Assembly (NCBI GenBank): GCA_964293475.1
Contig: CAXYYJ010000014.1
Coordinates: 14,973 to 78,972, forward strand
Length of the DNA stretch: 64,000 nt
Reading direction: 5' to 3'
Origin: an uncultured Draconibacterium sp.
Lineage (GTDB): Bacteria; Bacteroidota; Bacteroidia; Bacteroidales; UBA12170
The translations under genes and the position numbers were made by a program. Shown here in pieces: positions 55,818-64,000 of this stretch (position 1 is its first letter; the number at the start of each line of letters is the position of its first letter). Below the pieces are notes generated by a model. The model saw only the letters and a list, made by a program, of their open reading frames with translations. It made no database searches and had not been told where the DNA came from.

Positions 55818-56693
55818 TTATTGATATAATTCATCGGGTCTTGCTTTAAGATATTTATTTACTGCATAATAATTTGAAAGCCAGGTAATAAGAACCCCTG
55901 CAACCACCACAAAGGCAAATAACATGGCAATAAGGGTGAAATCGCTCAAGGTGACCAGCTCAGGAATTTGCTGGAATAGAAAGTATAAAATCCCAACCAA
56001 AGCCACGGAAGCTATGAGAGCCGATATGAGTCCGTGAAGGATTCCGGTGATAACAAAGGGCATCCTGATAAACGATTTGGTGGCGCCCACAAGCTGCATA
56101 CTTCTGATGAGAAAACGCTTGGAATATACCGAAAGCCTGATGGTATTGTTGATGAGTGCAATGGCAATAATGAGAAGTAAAGAGCTGAAAATGAGAATAA
56201 AAAATCCTATTTTACGAACGTTTTGATTGATTAGTTCCACCAGCGATTCCTGATAATAAACCTCTTTAATGTCCTCGTTCAGCAGCAGTCTTTTTTCAAT
56301 AACTTTTAGGCTGTCGATATTGGCATAATCGGCATTCAGATGCAAATCGATGCTGGGCAACAGTGGATTATAGCCCAAAAAGCCAATAAAATCTTCCCCC
56401 AGTTCCTTTTGCAATTCCTTGGCGGCATCTTGTGGGGTAATGTATTCGGTAAATTTCACAAACTCCGAAGCGTCCAAAGTCTTCTTCAACTCCATGATTT
56501 TGGCTTCTTTCACCCCCGAATTCATAATGATGCTAAAGCCAATATTTTCGCGCACATGATCGCCTAATTTCTTGCTGTTCAATATCAAAAGGCCCAATAA
56601 CCCCAGCATAAACAACACCAGCGTGATGCTCACAATGGTGGTGAGGTAGGAGGATTGCAGTTTTCGTTTATTGACTTTTCTTTGCGGTTTCAT
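55818..56693 (-). CDS. ftsX: Cell division permease FtsX
   Basis: TTIVSITLVLFMLG, FLGYNPL..SI, LINNTIRLSVYSKRF.I.SMQLVGAT..FIR.PF. Confidence 0.92.
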   Translation of the reverse strand: MKPQRKVNKRKLQSSYLTTIVSITLVLFMLGLLGLLILNSKKLGDHVRENIGFSIIMNSGVKEAKIMELKKTLDASEFVKFTEYITPQDAAKELQKELGEDFIGFLGYNPLLPSIDLHLNADYANIDSLKVIEKRLLLNEDIKEVYYQESLVELINQNVRKIGFFILIFSSLLLIIAIALINNTIRLSVYSKRFLIRSMQLVGATKSFIRMPFVITGILHGLISALIASVALVGILYFLFQQIPELVTLSDFTLIAMLFAFVVVAGVLITWLSNYYAVNKYLKARPDELYQ

Positions 56694-56894
56694 CGGGGTG
56701 ATTTAGTGCGCTAAATTAATAAAAACTGAATTATATTAAATTTAATAATTGTTAAGCCAAAAGACGATACCTAAATTTCAAACCTGGGGTTGATTTTATC
56801 CGGTGTTTCAAAATCAGGAAACACGCGTAAGATGAGAATGCTCCACAAGAAAACGAGCTTTTGCGGGAACTATAAAAGCTTCACTATTTGAATT

Positions 56895-57983
56895 TTACAA
56901 GCTGGGATAGGTTCTGAATTTCTCTATTTTCTCTCCTTCGGCGGTGGTATAGTAGCCGCATAAATCGGCAGAAAGACAGCTGTGAACGGGTAAAATTTCG
57001 AGCAAGTCTCCTGGTTGAATTTGGCGTACAAAGTTTTCGTTGGCCAAAATAATACCATGTTCCTGACTTAGCGAAATAACCGGAAACCCATCCGCAATTT
57101 TCCCGCCTGGCATCACTGCCCAGCCAAACACTTTTCGGTCGGCAAAAATCATCGAATCCTTTGATAAATGAACTGCGCCACCATAGATAACTATTTCATT
57201 ACGATGGGGGTAAACTCCAATTACCGGACAGCGAACCCGAAAGGCAATATCTGATTCTTCGCACGATTTCAATTCTAATTGCATCAAATCGTTGAACACA
57301 AAATTTCCGGGTCTCCACTCGTCAATTCCTTGAAAATGAGATGCGAACGCCGATGATGGGGTGTCGCCCATGCTAATTTGCAGATTGGGGTATTGTTCTG
57401 CATAAGTCTCCTTGAGCCAGACCATAATTTGCCGTGCTTGTTCAAACTGCTCCTGTCCCATCTCCCTGTTTGCAGCCCCGTAATTATTGCCCGTATGACT
57501 CAAAAAACCACCAAAACTCAAATGGCTGGCTTCATTTAAAATGCTCAGCAAGGCATCTATTTGTTGTGTATTTTTATAAAACACCCCGCTTCTTCCATAA
57601 CCGGTGTCTATTTCTATAAAAATGGTCAGGGGATTTTTAACCTGCTGTTTAATAGCCAACAAGCTCAAAGGATGATCCACTGTAAGGCTCAGGCTGGCTT
57701 TTTCTGCCAAGCGGTTGGCTGTTTCCAACTCGTTCACGTTCACAGGAATGGCCACGCAAATATCTGCCCAGCCATGCTCAAAAAAGTATTCACCCATGCT
57801 CAGCGACGAAACTGCGCAACGATTCACTCCGGCTTTTGCAAACCAATCCGCAATTTCGGCCGATTGATGTGTCTTGAAATGTGGGCGGAAAATAACATCG
57901 TTTTTGGCGCACAATTCCGCCATTCTAAGTATGTTTTTCATGGCAATTTGCCGATCGACTATAGGAGAAGGTTGAGTTAACAT
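56895..57983 (-). CDS. PLP-dependent alanine-racemase-fold enzyme (D-threonine aldolase / D-serine dehydratase DSD1-like)
   Basis: FRPHFKTH (PLP Lys), EIDTGYGRSG, GDTP, E.RPGNFVFND, SQEHG, C-terminal PVHSCL (His/Cys metal ligands). Confidence 0.85.
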   Translation of the reverse strand: MLTQPSPIVDRQIAMKNILRMAELCAKNDVIFRPHFKTHQSAEIADWFAKAGVNRCAVSSLSMGEYFFEHGWADICVAIPVNVNELETANRLAEKASLSLTVDHPLSLLAIKQQVKNPLTIFIEIDTGYGRSGVFYKNTQQIDALLSILNEASHLSFGGFLSHTGNNYGAANREMGQEQFEQARQIMVWLKETYAEQYPNLQISMGDTPSSAFASHFQGIDEWRPGNFVFNDLMQLELKSCEESDIAFRVRCPVIGVYPHRNEIVIYGGAVHLSKDSMIFADRKVFGWAVMPGGKIADGFPVISLSQEHGIILANENFVRQIQPGDLLEILPVHSCLSADLCGYYTTAEGEKIEKFRTYPSL

Positions 57984-58088
57984 GGATTAAGTTTTGGCCA
58001 AAATTATAGAAATATGAAGCTCGGGAATGATTTGATTGAGTAAAAAATTTAGTCGGGTTGGAACAGGTTTATTTCTTTATTTTGCCCC

Positions 58089-59033
58089 ATGAACGCAAAA
58101 CAGAATAATAAGTCAGTAATTGGAGCCATTTTAGTAGGCGTTTCGGCCATGCTCTGGGGCTTTGATGGCATTGTTCTCACACCCGGTTTGTATAATTTGC
58201 CTGTGCCTTTTGTGGTTTTTGTTCTGCATCTTACCCCTTTTGTTCTCATGAATTTTTTTCTCTACAAAAGATATTCGCATTTTGGTTTGCTGAACAATAC
58301 CGAAAAATTTTCCTTGCTCATGGTGGCTTTTTTGGGGGGATCTCTGGGCACCATGTCCATTGTAAAAGCTTTGTTTCTGGTTAATTTTCAGCAGCTTAGT
58401 ATCGTGGTGCTGCTTCAGAAGCTTCAGCCCGTTTTTGCCATTTCGTTGGCAGCAATTTTCCTGAAAGAGAAAATCAGTGGAAATTTCATATTCTGGGCAG
58501 TGGTTGCTCTAATAGCTGGTTACTTTTTAACTTTCGGAATGGAGTTACCACATTTTCAAACCGATAAAAACACCATTTATGCGTCACTTTTGGCATTGTT
58601 GGCTGCCTTTAGCTTTGGAAGCTCAACGGTTTTCAGCAAGAAAATTCTAGGCAAACTCGATTTCGTCTCAGCCACATTTTTCCGCTATGGATTAACATCC
58701 GCAATCATGTTTCTGGTGGTTCTTAGTCTTGGATTAACCGCTGAATTTCAGAATATTACTTCCCGAAATTTACTTCTTATCATCATCATAGCCATAACAA
58801 CTGGCAGCGGCGCCATTTTTTTGTATTACTATGGACTAAAAAACGTGAAGGCCGCAATGGCCACGGTAATGGAGCTGTTATTCCCGCTTTCGGCCATAAT
58901 TTTCGATTACCTTTTTAATAACCACATATTATCGCCTTTGCAATGGGTAAGTGCAGCCATTATGGTTTTTGCCATCATCAATTTAAATGCGCAACCCAAT
59001 ATAATTAAAAACCTTTTTAAAAAAATTCGCTGA
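58089..59033 (+). CDS. DMT/EamA family transporter
   Basis: About 10 TM helices in two EamA repeats; LLQKLQPVF, ELLFPLSAI motifs. Confidence 0.85.
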   Translation: MNAKQNNKSVIGAILVGVSAMLWGFDGIVLTPGLYNLPVPFVVFVLHLTPFVLMNFFLYKRYSHFGLLNNTEKFSLLMVAFLGGSLGTMSIVKALFLVNFQQLSIVVLLQKLQPVFAISLAAIFLKEKISGNFIFWAVVALIAGYFLTFGMELPHFQTDKNTIYASLLALLAAFSFGSSTVFSKKILGKLDFVSATFFRYGLTSAIMFLVVLSLGLTAEFQNITSRNLLLIIIIAITTGSGAIFLYYYGLKNVKAAMATVMELLFPLSAIIFDYLFNNHILSPLQWVSAAIMVFAIINLNAQPNIIKNLFKKIR

Positions 59034-59135
59034 TATTGAATGCTTTGGGGTTAGTTAATCCTTTATTTTTAAATAGGTAAAATCTCCTTCAACCGAAAAA
59101 TACTATTTTTGCAACCTAATAACGAAAATCATTAA

Positions 59136-60923
59136 ATGAAGAACATAAGAAATTTCTGCATCATTGCCCATATTGATCACGGCAAGAGTACTTTAGCTGA
59201 TCGTCTGCTCGAGTTTACCGGCACCATCTCCGAGAGAGATATGCAGGAACAAACCCTCGACGATATGGATCTGGAGCGCGAGAGAGGAATCACCATTAAG
59301 AGTCATGCCATTCAGATGGATTATGAACAGGATGGTCAAAAATATGTTCTCAATCTCATCGACACTCCCGGCCACGTGGATTTTAGCTACGAAGTGAGCC
59401 GCTCTATCGCAGCCTGCGAAGGGGCTTTGCTCATTGTAGACGCCACACAAGGCATTCAGGCTCAAACAATTTCAAACCTTTATCTGGCTTTGGATCACGA
59501 CCTGGAAATTATTCCGGTACTCAACAAAATGGATTTGGCCAATGCCATGCCCGAAGAAGTGAGCGATCAGATTATCGACCTGATTGGTTGTAAACTCGAC
59601 GATATTATTCCTGCCAGCGGTAAAACCGGTTATGGCGTTCACCTGATTCTCGAAGCCATAGTTCAAAAAATTCCTGCTCCAAAAGGCGACCCAAAAGCTC
59701 CTTTTCAAGCGCTTATTTTCGACTCGGTTTTTAACTCCTTCAGAGGAATTATTGCCTATTTCCGTATCATGAACGGAGAAGTGAGAAAAGGCGACTATGT
59801 GAAATTTATGGCCACTGGCAAAGAATACAATGCCGACGAAATCGGAGTGCTTCGAATGAAACAGGAAGAACGAAAATTTATGGGCACCGGCGATGTGGGC
59901 TATATTATTTCGGGGGTTAAAACTGCCAAAGAAGTTAAAGTGGGCGATACCATCACCCATGTAGAAAATCCCTGCACCACTGCCATCAGCGGCTTTGAAG
60001 AAGTGAAACCCATGGTGTTTGCCGGTATTTATCCGGTTGATGCCGACGATTACGAAGAGCTTCGCGCTTCCATTGAAAAACTCCAGCTCAACGATGCTTC
60101 GTTAACCTGGGAACCCGAGAGCAGTATGGCATTGGGATTTGGTTTCCGCTGCGGATTTTTAGGATTGTTGCACATGGAAATTGTTCAGGAACGCCTGGAT
60201 CGTGAATTCGATATGAATGTGATTACCACCGTCCCCAACGTTTCCTACAACGTAATCACGACCAAAGGGGAAACTATGGAAGTGCACAACCCCAGCGGTT
60301 TGCCCGATCAAAAATGGATTGACCATATCGAAGAGCCTTATATCAGGGCGCAAGTAATCAGCAAAACTGAGTATTTGGGTTCTGTCATGAAACTTTGCAT
60401 CGACAAGCGCGGCGAGTTAAAGAATCAGATTTACCTGACCAGCGACAGGGTAGAGCTCACCTTTGAGTTGCCTTTGGGCGAAATTGTTTTCGATTTCTAC
60501 GACAAACTCAAGAGTATTTCCAAAGGATACGCATCTTTCGACTATCATCTATCGGGCTTTAAGCCAGCCAATCTGGTAAAACTCGACATTCTTCTCAACG
60601 GCGATCCTGTGGATGCGCTTTCAACACTTATCCACCGTGACAATGCCTATGATTTTGGAAAGAGAATTTGCAGCAAACTCAAGGAATTGATACCCCGTCA
60701 GCAATTTGATATTGCCATTCAGGCGGCCATCGGACTCAAAATCATATCACGCGAAACCATTAAAGCGGTGCGAAAAGACGTTACCGCAAAATGTTATGGG
60801 GGCGATATTTCCCGTAAACGTAAGCTGCTCGAAAAACAGAAAAAAGGTAAAAAACGGATGCGTCAAATCGGTAACGTAGAAGTTCCCCAAACCGCATTCC
60901 TTGCAGTGTTGAAGCTGGATTAA
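59136..60923 (+). CDS. lepA: Translation elongation factor 4 (LepA)
   Basis: [63 protein letters not shown]. Confidence 0.99.
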   Translation: MKNIRNFCIIAHIDHGKSTLADRLLEFTGTISERDMQEQTLDDMDLERERGITIKSHAIQMDYEQDGQKYVLNLIDTPGHVDFSYEVSRSIAACEGALLIVDATQGIQAQTISNLYLALDHDLEIIPVLNKMDLANAMPEEVSDQIIDLIGCKLDDIIPASGKTGYGVHLILEAIVQKIPAPKGDPKAPFQALIFDSVFNSFRGIIAYFRIMNGEVRKGDYVKFMATGKEYNADEIGVLRMKQEERKFMGTGDVGYIISGVKTAKEVKVGDTITHVENPCTTAISGFEEVKPMVFAGIYPVDADDYEELRASIEKLQLNDASLTWEPESSMALGFGFRCGFLGLLHMEIVQERLDREFDMNVITTVPNVSYNVITTKGETMEVHNPSGLPDQKWIDHIEEPYIRAQVISKTEYLGSVMKLCIDKRGELKNQIYLTSDRVELTFELPLGEIVFDFYDKLKSISKGYASFDYHLSGFKPANLVKLDILLNGDPVDALSTLIHRDNAYDFGKRICSKLKELIPRQQFDIAIQAAIGLKIISRETIKAVRKDVTAKCYGGDISRKRKLLEKQKKGKKRMRQIGNVEVPQTAFLAVLKLD

Positions 60924-60944
60924 TTTTGGGGATTACAAAAAGAA

Positions 60945-60968
60945 AAAAGCCGGAGAAATCCGGCTTTT
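60945..60968. terminator. Bidirectional intrinsic terminator
   Basis: AAAAGCCGGA-GAAA-TCCGGCTTTT. Confidence 0.85.
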
Positions 60969-61039
60969 GTGTTTAAAATTAGCTCAAAATCAACCTGCTA
61001 TAAGTCAGGTTCCATGTATTTTTAGCTCATCTTCAGCAA

Positions 61040-62707
61040 CTACATCACAAATTTAAACTGCTCATAAACCTTGCCATTTCGGATTAAAGCTGCAATGTAC
61101 ATGCCTTTCATATAGCGATTGAGCACGATGGAGTTCTCTGCTTTTGCCGATATAATTTCCTGTCCCTGAAGGTTATAAACTTTCACCACATCGTGGTTTT
61201 CAATATTCTCAAGTTTCAGGCTTTGGGTTAGTGGATCGTAGGTTTTAAAGATTTCGAAGGTAGTAGAAGGAATCTTTTCCACATTCAGCGGAGAAGTTCC
61301 CAAAGCTCCATCAATAAAAATATTCTGACCCATCACGCGGTCGTTGCCCAGCATATTATCGCTCCAGCAAACCACCGATTGATAATTAAAAAATGGGCTC
61401 ATATTGGCGTGAGTTCTGTCTAAAGTGGCGTTGGCCATCTCCACATGCGCTGGCCACACCTCGTTACCAATGGCATCTAAAGCCACCATATTATAGCTGG
61501 TATAGTAAAATTGTCCTTCGAGGAAATTGGCATAAAGATAGAAAGTGCTATCGCCAATTTGTGCCACGCCGAGGCCGTTTTGTAGTCTGTCGTTCATGGC
61601 AATAATGGTTTTTCCGGCATTGGTTTCCAGCAGTTCGCCCGAGGTATTGATTCTTTGGTAAACCAATGAACCCATACTCTGATTGGAATTCAGCCTGTTC
61701 CACAATACTACAAATTCGCCTGCATTGTTAATGCCTGCTGGGGTTTCATAGAGTTGATGTCCACTGGTTTCAATGGAAACCATAACTCCGCTGGGTGTAT
61801 ATTGTCCTTCGCCATCGGGTAAAATATGCTGGGCATAAACTTCGTAGGTATTGTCAGAAAAACGGTCGTCGTGCCATGCGAAATAGGCTCCGCCATCGCC
61901 ATTGGCGAACATCATCAGGTCGTCCCAGGGTGAGATGCCACCTGCCAGTGTTACATCTGCCTCCAGGTCCCACAATAAATTGCCGTCGGCATCGCAGCGG
62001 ATGGCCGAAATATTACGTTGGGTGGCTGGGAAATTTCCGGTTTCTTTGTAGTAACCCAGGGTAAAACCGCCGTCTTCATTGGCTGTCCCCACAGGTACCG
62101 ACCAGCTCACGCCTGCTGCTCCGTTGTATTTTTTGCCTTGAGATCCCCAGGCAAGGGTTCCATCGGCAAGAATTTTATGAACAATAATTTCCCCGGGATC
62201 GCCATTGGCATAGCTTGTACTGTGAAATACAAAAACCGAATTATCTGTGGCCACAACACCCTTAGGCTGATAATCTTCAGAGGTGCTCAAATCAAAGAAA
62301 ATACCATCATCACCCCAAAGCTGATTGCCCAGCGAGTCAACCTTATATACCGCCACATTTTTAACCCCGGTTCTGATATCCGAAAAAATAACGATGGCAT
62401 TGCCTTCAAGGTCGCAAAGCAGGGTATAATCATCAACCCATGTATTCTGCGGATGGCTTGAAACTGTTTTGGAGCCCAGCGGCCATATTTGAACCCCACT
62501 ATGGTCGAAATAAGCTAAGTTCATATTTAAATTAGAAGTGCCGCCATACCAGCTGAAGAAGTAGTTTCCATTGGGGGTTAGAGCTACTTTTGGAACATAT
62601 TTAGCCCCCGGTGTAGAATTAATTACTGTGTTTACTGATGGGTTATCCACCCATTGTGCCATTGTCAGCATTGGAACTAACAGCAGCACCATCCAAAGAT
62701 TTTTCAT
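61040..62707 (-). CDS. Secreted beta-propeller-like repeat protein with T9SS-like CTD
   Basis: Signal peptide; repeats such as DGGGAYFAWHDDR..YEVYAQHILPDG and GEFVVLWN...VYQRINTSG; C-terminal VYNLQG...KGMYIA..FKFVM. Confidence 0.65.
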   Translation of the reverse strand: MKNLWMVLLLVPMLTMAQWVDNPSVNTVINSTPGAKYVPKVALTPNGNYFFSWYGGTSNLNMNLAYFDHSGVQIWPLGSKTVSSHPQNTWVDDYTLLCDLEGNAIVIFSDIRTGVKNVAVYKVDSLGNQLWGDDGIFFDLSTSEDYQPKGVVATDNSVFVFHSTSYANGDPGEIIVHKILADGTLAWGSQGKKYNGAAGVSWSVPVGTANEDGGFTLGYYKETGNFPATQRNISAIRCDADGNLLWDLEADVTLAGGISPWDDLMMFANGDGGAYFAWHDDRFSDNTYEVYAQHILPDGEGQYTPSGVMVSIETSGHQLYETPAGINNAGEFVVLWNRLNSNQSMGSLVYQRINTSGELLETNAGKTIIAMNDRLQNGLGVAQIGDSTFYLYANFLEGQFYYTSYNMVALDAIGNEVWPAHVEMANATLDRTHANMSPFFNYQSVVCWSDNMLGNDRVMGQNIFIDGALGTSPLNVEKIPSTTFEIFKTYDPLTQSLKLENIENHDVVKVYNLQGQEIISAKAENSIVLNRYMKGMYIAALIRNGKVYEQFKFVM

Positions 62708-62845
62708 AGTTTATGTATTAGGTTTGTTCTTTAAGGAATGCCTTAAATTGAATTTGTTGTTCTAATGCATAAAATTAAAAAAAATATCATCAAGTATTGT
62801 ACTTTAATTCTAAAGATGCTTTTCAATCATTTCTGAATAAACAAT

Positions 62846-62880
62846 AAAAAAAGCAACCCCCGGACCAAGCCGGAGATTGC
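62846..62880 (-). terminator. Rho-independent terminator after TonB-dependent receptor
   Basis: Minus strand GCAATCTCCGG-CTTGGT-CCGGGGGTTGC-TTTTTTT. Confidence 0.8.
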
Positions 62881-62902
62881 CCTTCAATGAAAATGATGAG
62901 TC

Positions 62903-64000
62903 TTAAAATTTATAGGTCAGACCCAAAATGAAATTACGTCCGGGTTCCCAGTAAAGACTCGAAACAGCCTGACTTTTATAAGCTCTGCTCAGATGTTCTA
63001 CATAGTTCACATCCAACATATTATCCACATTTAAGCTTAGGTTTAATCCTTTAATGATGGCATAGCTGGCATTAAAATCCACAAGTACGAATGCTGTGGA
63101 TGCCGATTCGTTAAACGAAGTTGAAATACGGGTTTGCTCGCTCACAAACCGCGATTTAATCTGCGCTTGCCATTTGGTGGCTTTATAACCCAATCCGGCT
63201 CTGATTTCCATGGGCGGAATTTCTGCCAATGGCTCATCATCGGTTATATTGTCGCCCAAAGTATAAGTCCAGGAAGCGTTAACACCTAATCCTTTCCAAA
63301 TCAATAAATTGGCATATGTTTCAAAACCATAAAGCCTGGCATCGTCGATATTGCCAAAACGTTTGGCATGGGCTGGAGGCATACAGGCCATAAATTTTTT
63401 AGGCAGGGTGGTGTCTAAACTGGCTTGTATATAATCCTTGATTTTAGCATAAAACAGGGTAGCTTCAAATTGGAATTTCTCTTTGTTGAAATTAAAGCTT
63501 AGGTCGGTTTGCAGATTTTTCTCCATTTTTAAATCCGGATTTCCCACATATTCATAGGCATCTACACCCACCTGCATGTGGTTGATATAGAGTTCGGTAA
63601 TATCAGGATTTCGCTGTCCGTATCCCACTTTTAATTGAATCGAAGCGGGTTTGCTAATCATGTATTTCAACTGAATATTTCCCATAAAAGCTACATCATT
63701 CGATTTGCCCAAATTGGGATAGAGTGCTGCAAAATCTGCCGCTGGTTCTTTCACTTCAGAATTTACAAAGTCTGCCCGAAGGCCTGCAGATGCTATAAAC
63801 TTACCCATTGTTCTGTAGCTTTCCAGAAACACACCAAAATCGGTTTGATAGCTGTTTTGCCAAAGCGCATCGACGAAAAGTTTTGCAGGATCCACAACCA
63901 TTTGAGTGCATTCGTTGAAAAATACCAAACGCTCGCGATCGCCTTGTTTGGCCACTTTTTTATAGTCAATTCCCAAAAGCAGCGGTTGTTTTTCGCTAAG
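62903..64000 (-). CDS. TonB-dependent receptor, C-terminal barrel portion (gene starts beyond the window)
   Basis: Frame open to the window edge; GNPDLKMEKNLQTD, N.LDVNY.EHL, terminal EPGRNFILGLTYKF typical of TBDT C-termini. Confidence 0.85.
   Translation of the reverse strand, partial: LSEKQPLLLGIDYKKVAKQGDRERLVFFNECTQMVVDPAKLFVDALWQNSYQTDFGVFLESYRTMGKFIASAGLRADFVNSEVKEPAADFAALYPNLGKSNDVAFMGNIQLKYMISKPASIQLKVGYGQRNPDITELYINHMQVGVDAYEYVGNPDLKMEKNLQTDLSFNFNKEKFQFEATLFYAKIKDYIQASLDTTLPKKFMACMPPAHAKRFGNIDDARLYGFETYANLLIWKGLGVNASWTYTLGDNITDDEPLAEIPPMEIRAGLGYKATKWQAQIKSRFVSEQTRISTSFNESASTAFVLVDFNASYAIIKGLNLSLNVDNMLDVNYVEHLSRAYKSQAVSSLYWEPGRNFILGLTYKF

Noticed and set aside
56701-56716. Near-palindrome ATTTAG-TGCG-CTAAAT at the ftsX promoter
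   Set aside because: AT-rich 6-bp arms overlapping a -7-like element; not distinguishable from chance without conservation data.
1-64000. CRISPR arrays, tRNA/rRNA genes, IS elements or integrases
   Set aside because: No regularly spaced repeats, tRNA cloverleaf signatures, rRNA-like sequence, or transposase/recombinase motifs were seen.

Overview
Core-genome window of a Bacteroidota (Bacteroidales-like) bacterium that carries T9SS substrates and gldF/gldG. It holds about 44 CDS: housekeeping genes (rsmA, dnaK, ispG, trkAH, purF, proS, rpmF, recO, dnaB, truB, ftsX, lepA), seven proteins with T9SS type-A C-terminal domains, a MacAB-like ABC operon, gldF-gldG-DUF4340-flippase interrupted by a truncated Bro-N gene, and two envelope gene pairs of unknown function (giant TPR + plug-less barrel; Tyr/Gly- and Arg/Ser-rich lipoprotein + FadL-like barrel). 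I found no rRNA, tRNA, CRISPR array or intact mobile element. The most notable sequence-level signals are: (1) matching sigma54-like -24/-12 elements (TGGCA-N6-TTGA) upstream of both dnaK and hsp20, both of which also have Shine-Dalgarno sites that are unusual for this phylum; (2) a low-complexity, prion-like lipoprotein co-transcribed with a FadL/PorV-fold barrel; (3) several apparently leaderless genes, including dnaB; (4) a candidate multi-stem leader RNA before trkAH. All family assignments come from motif recognition only; no database searches were run.
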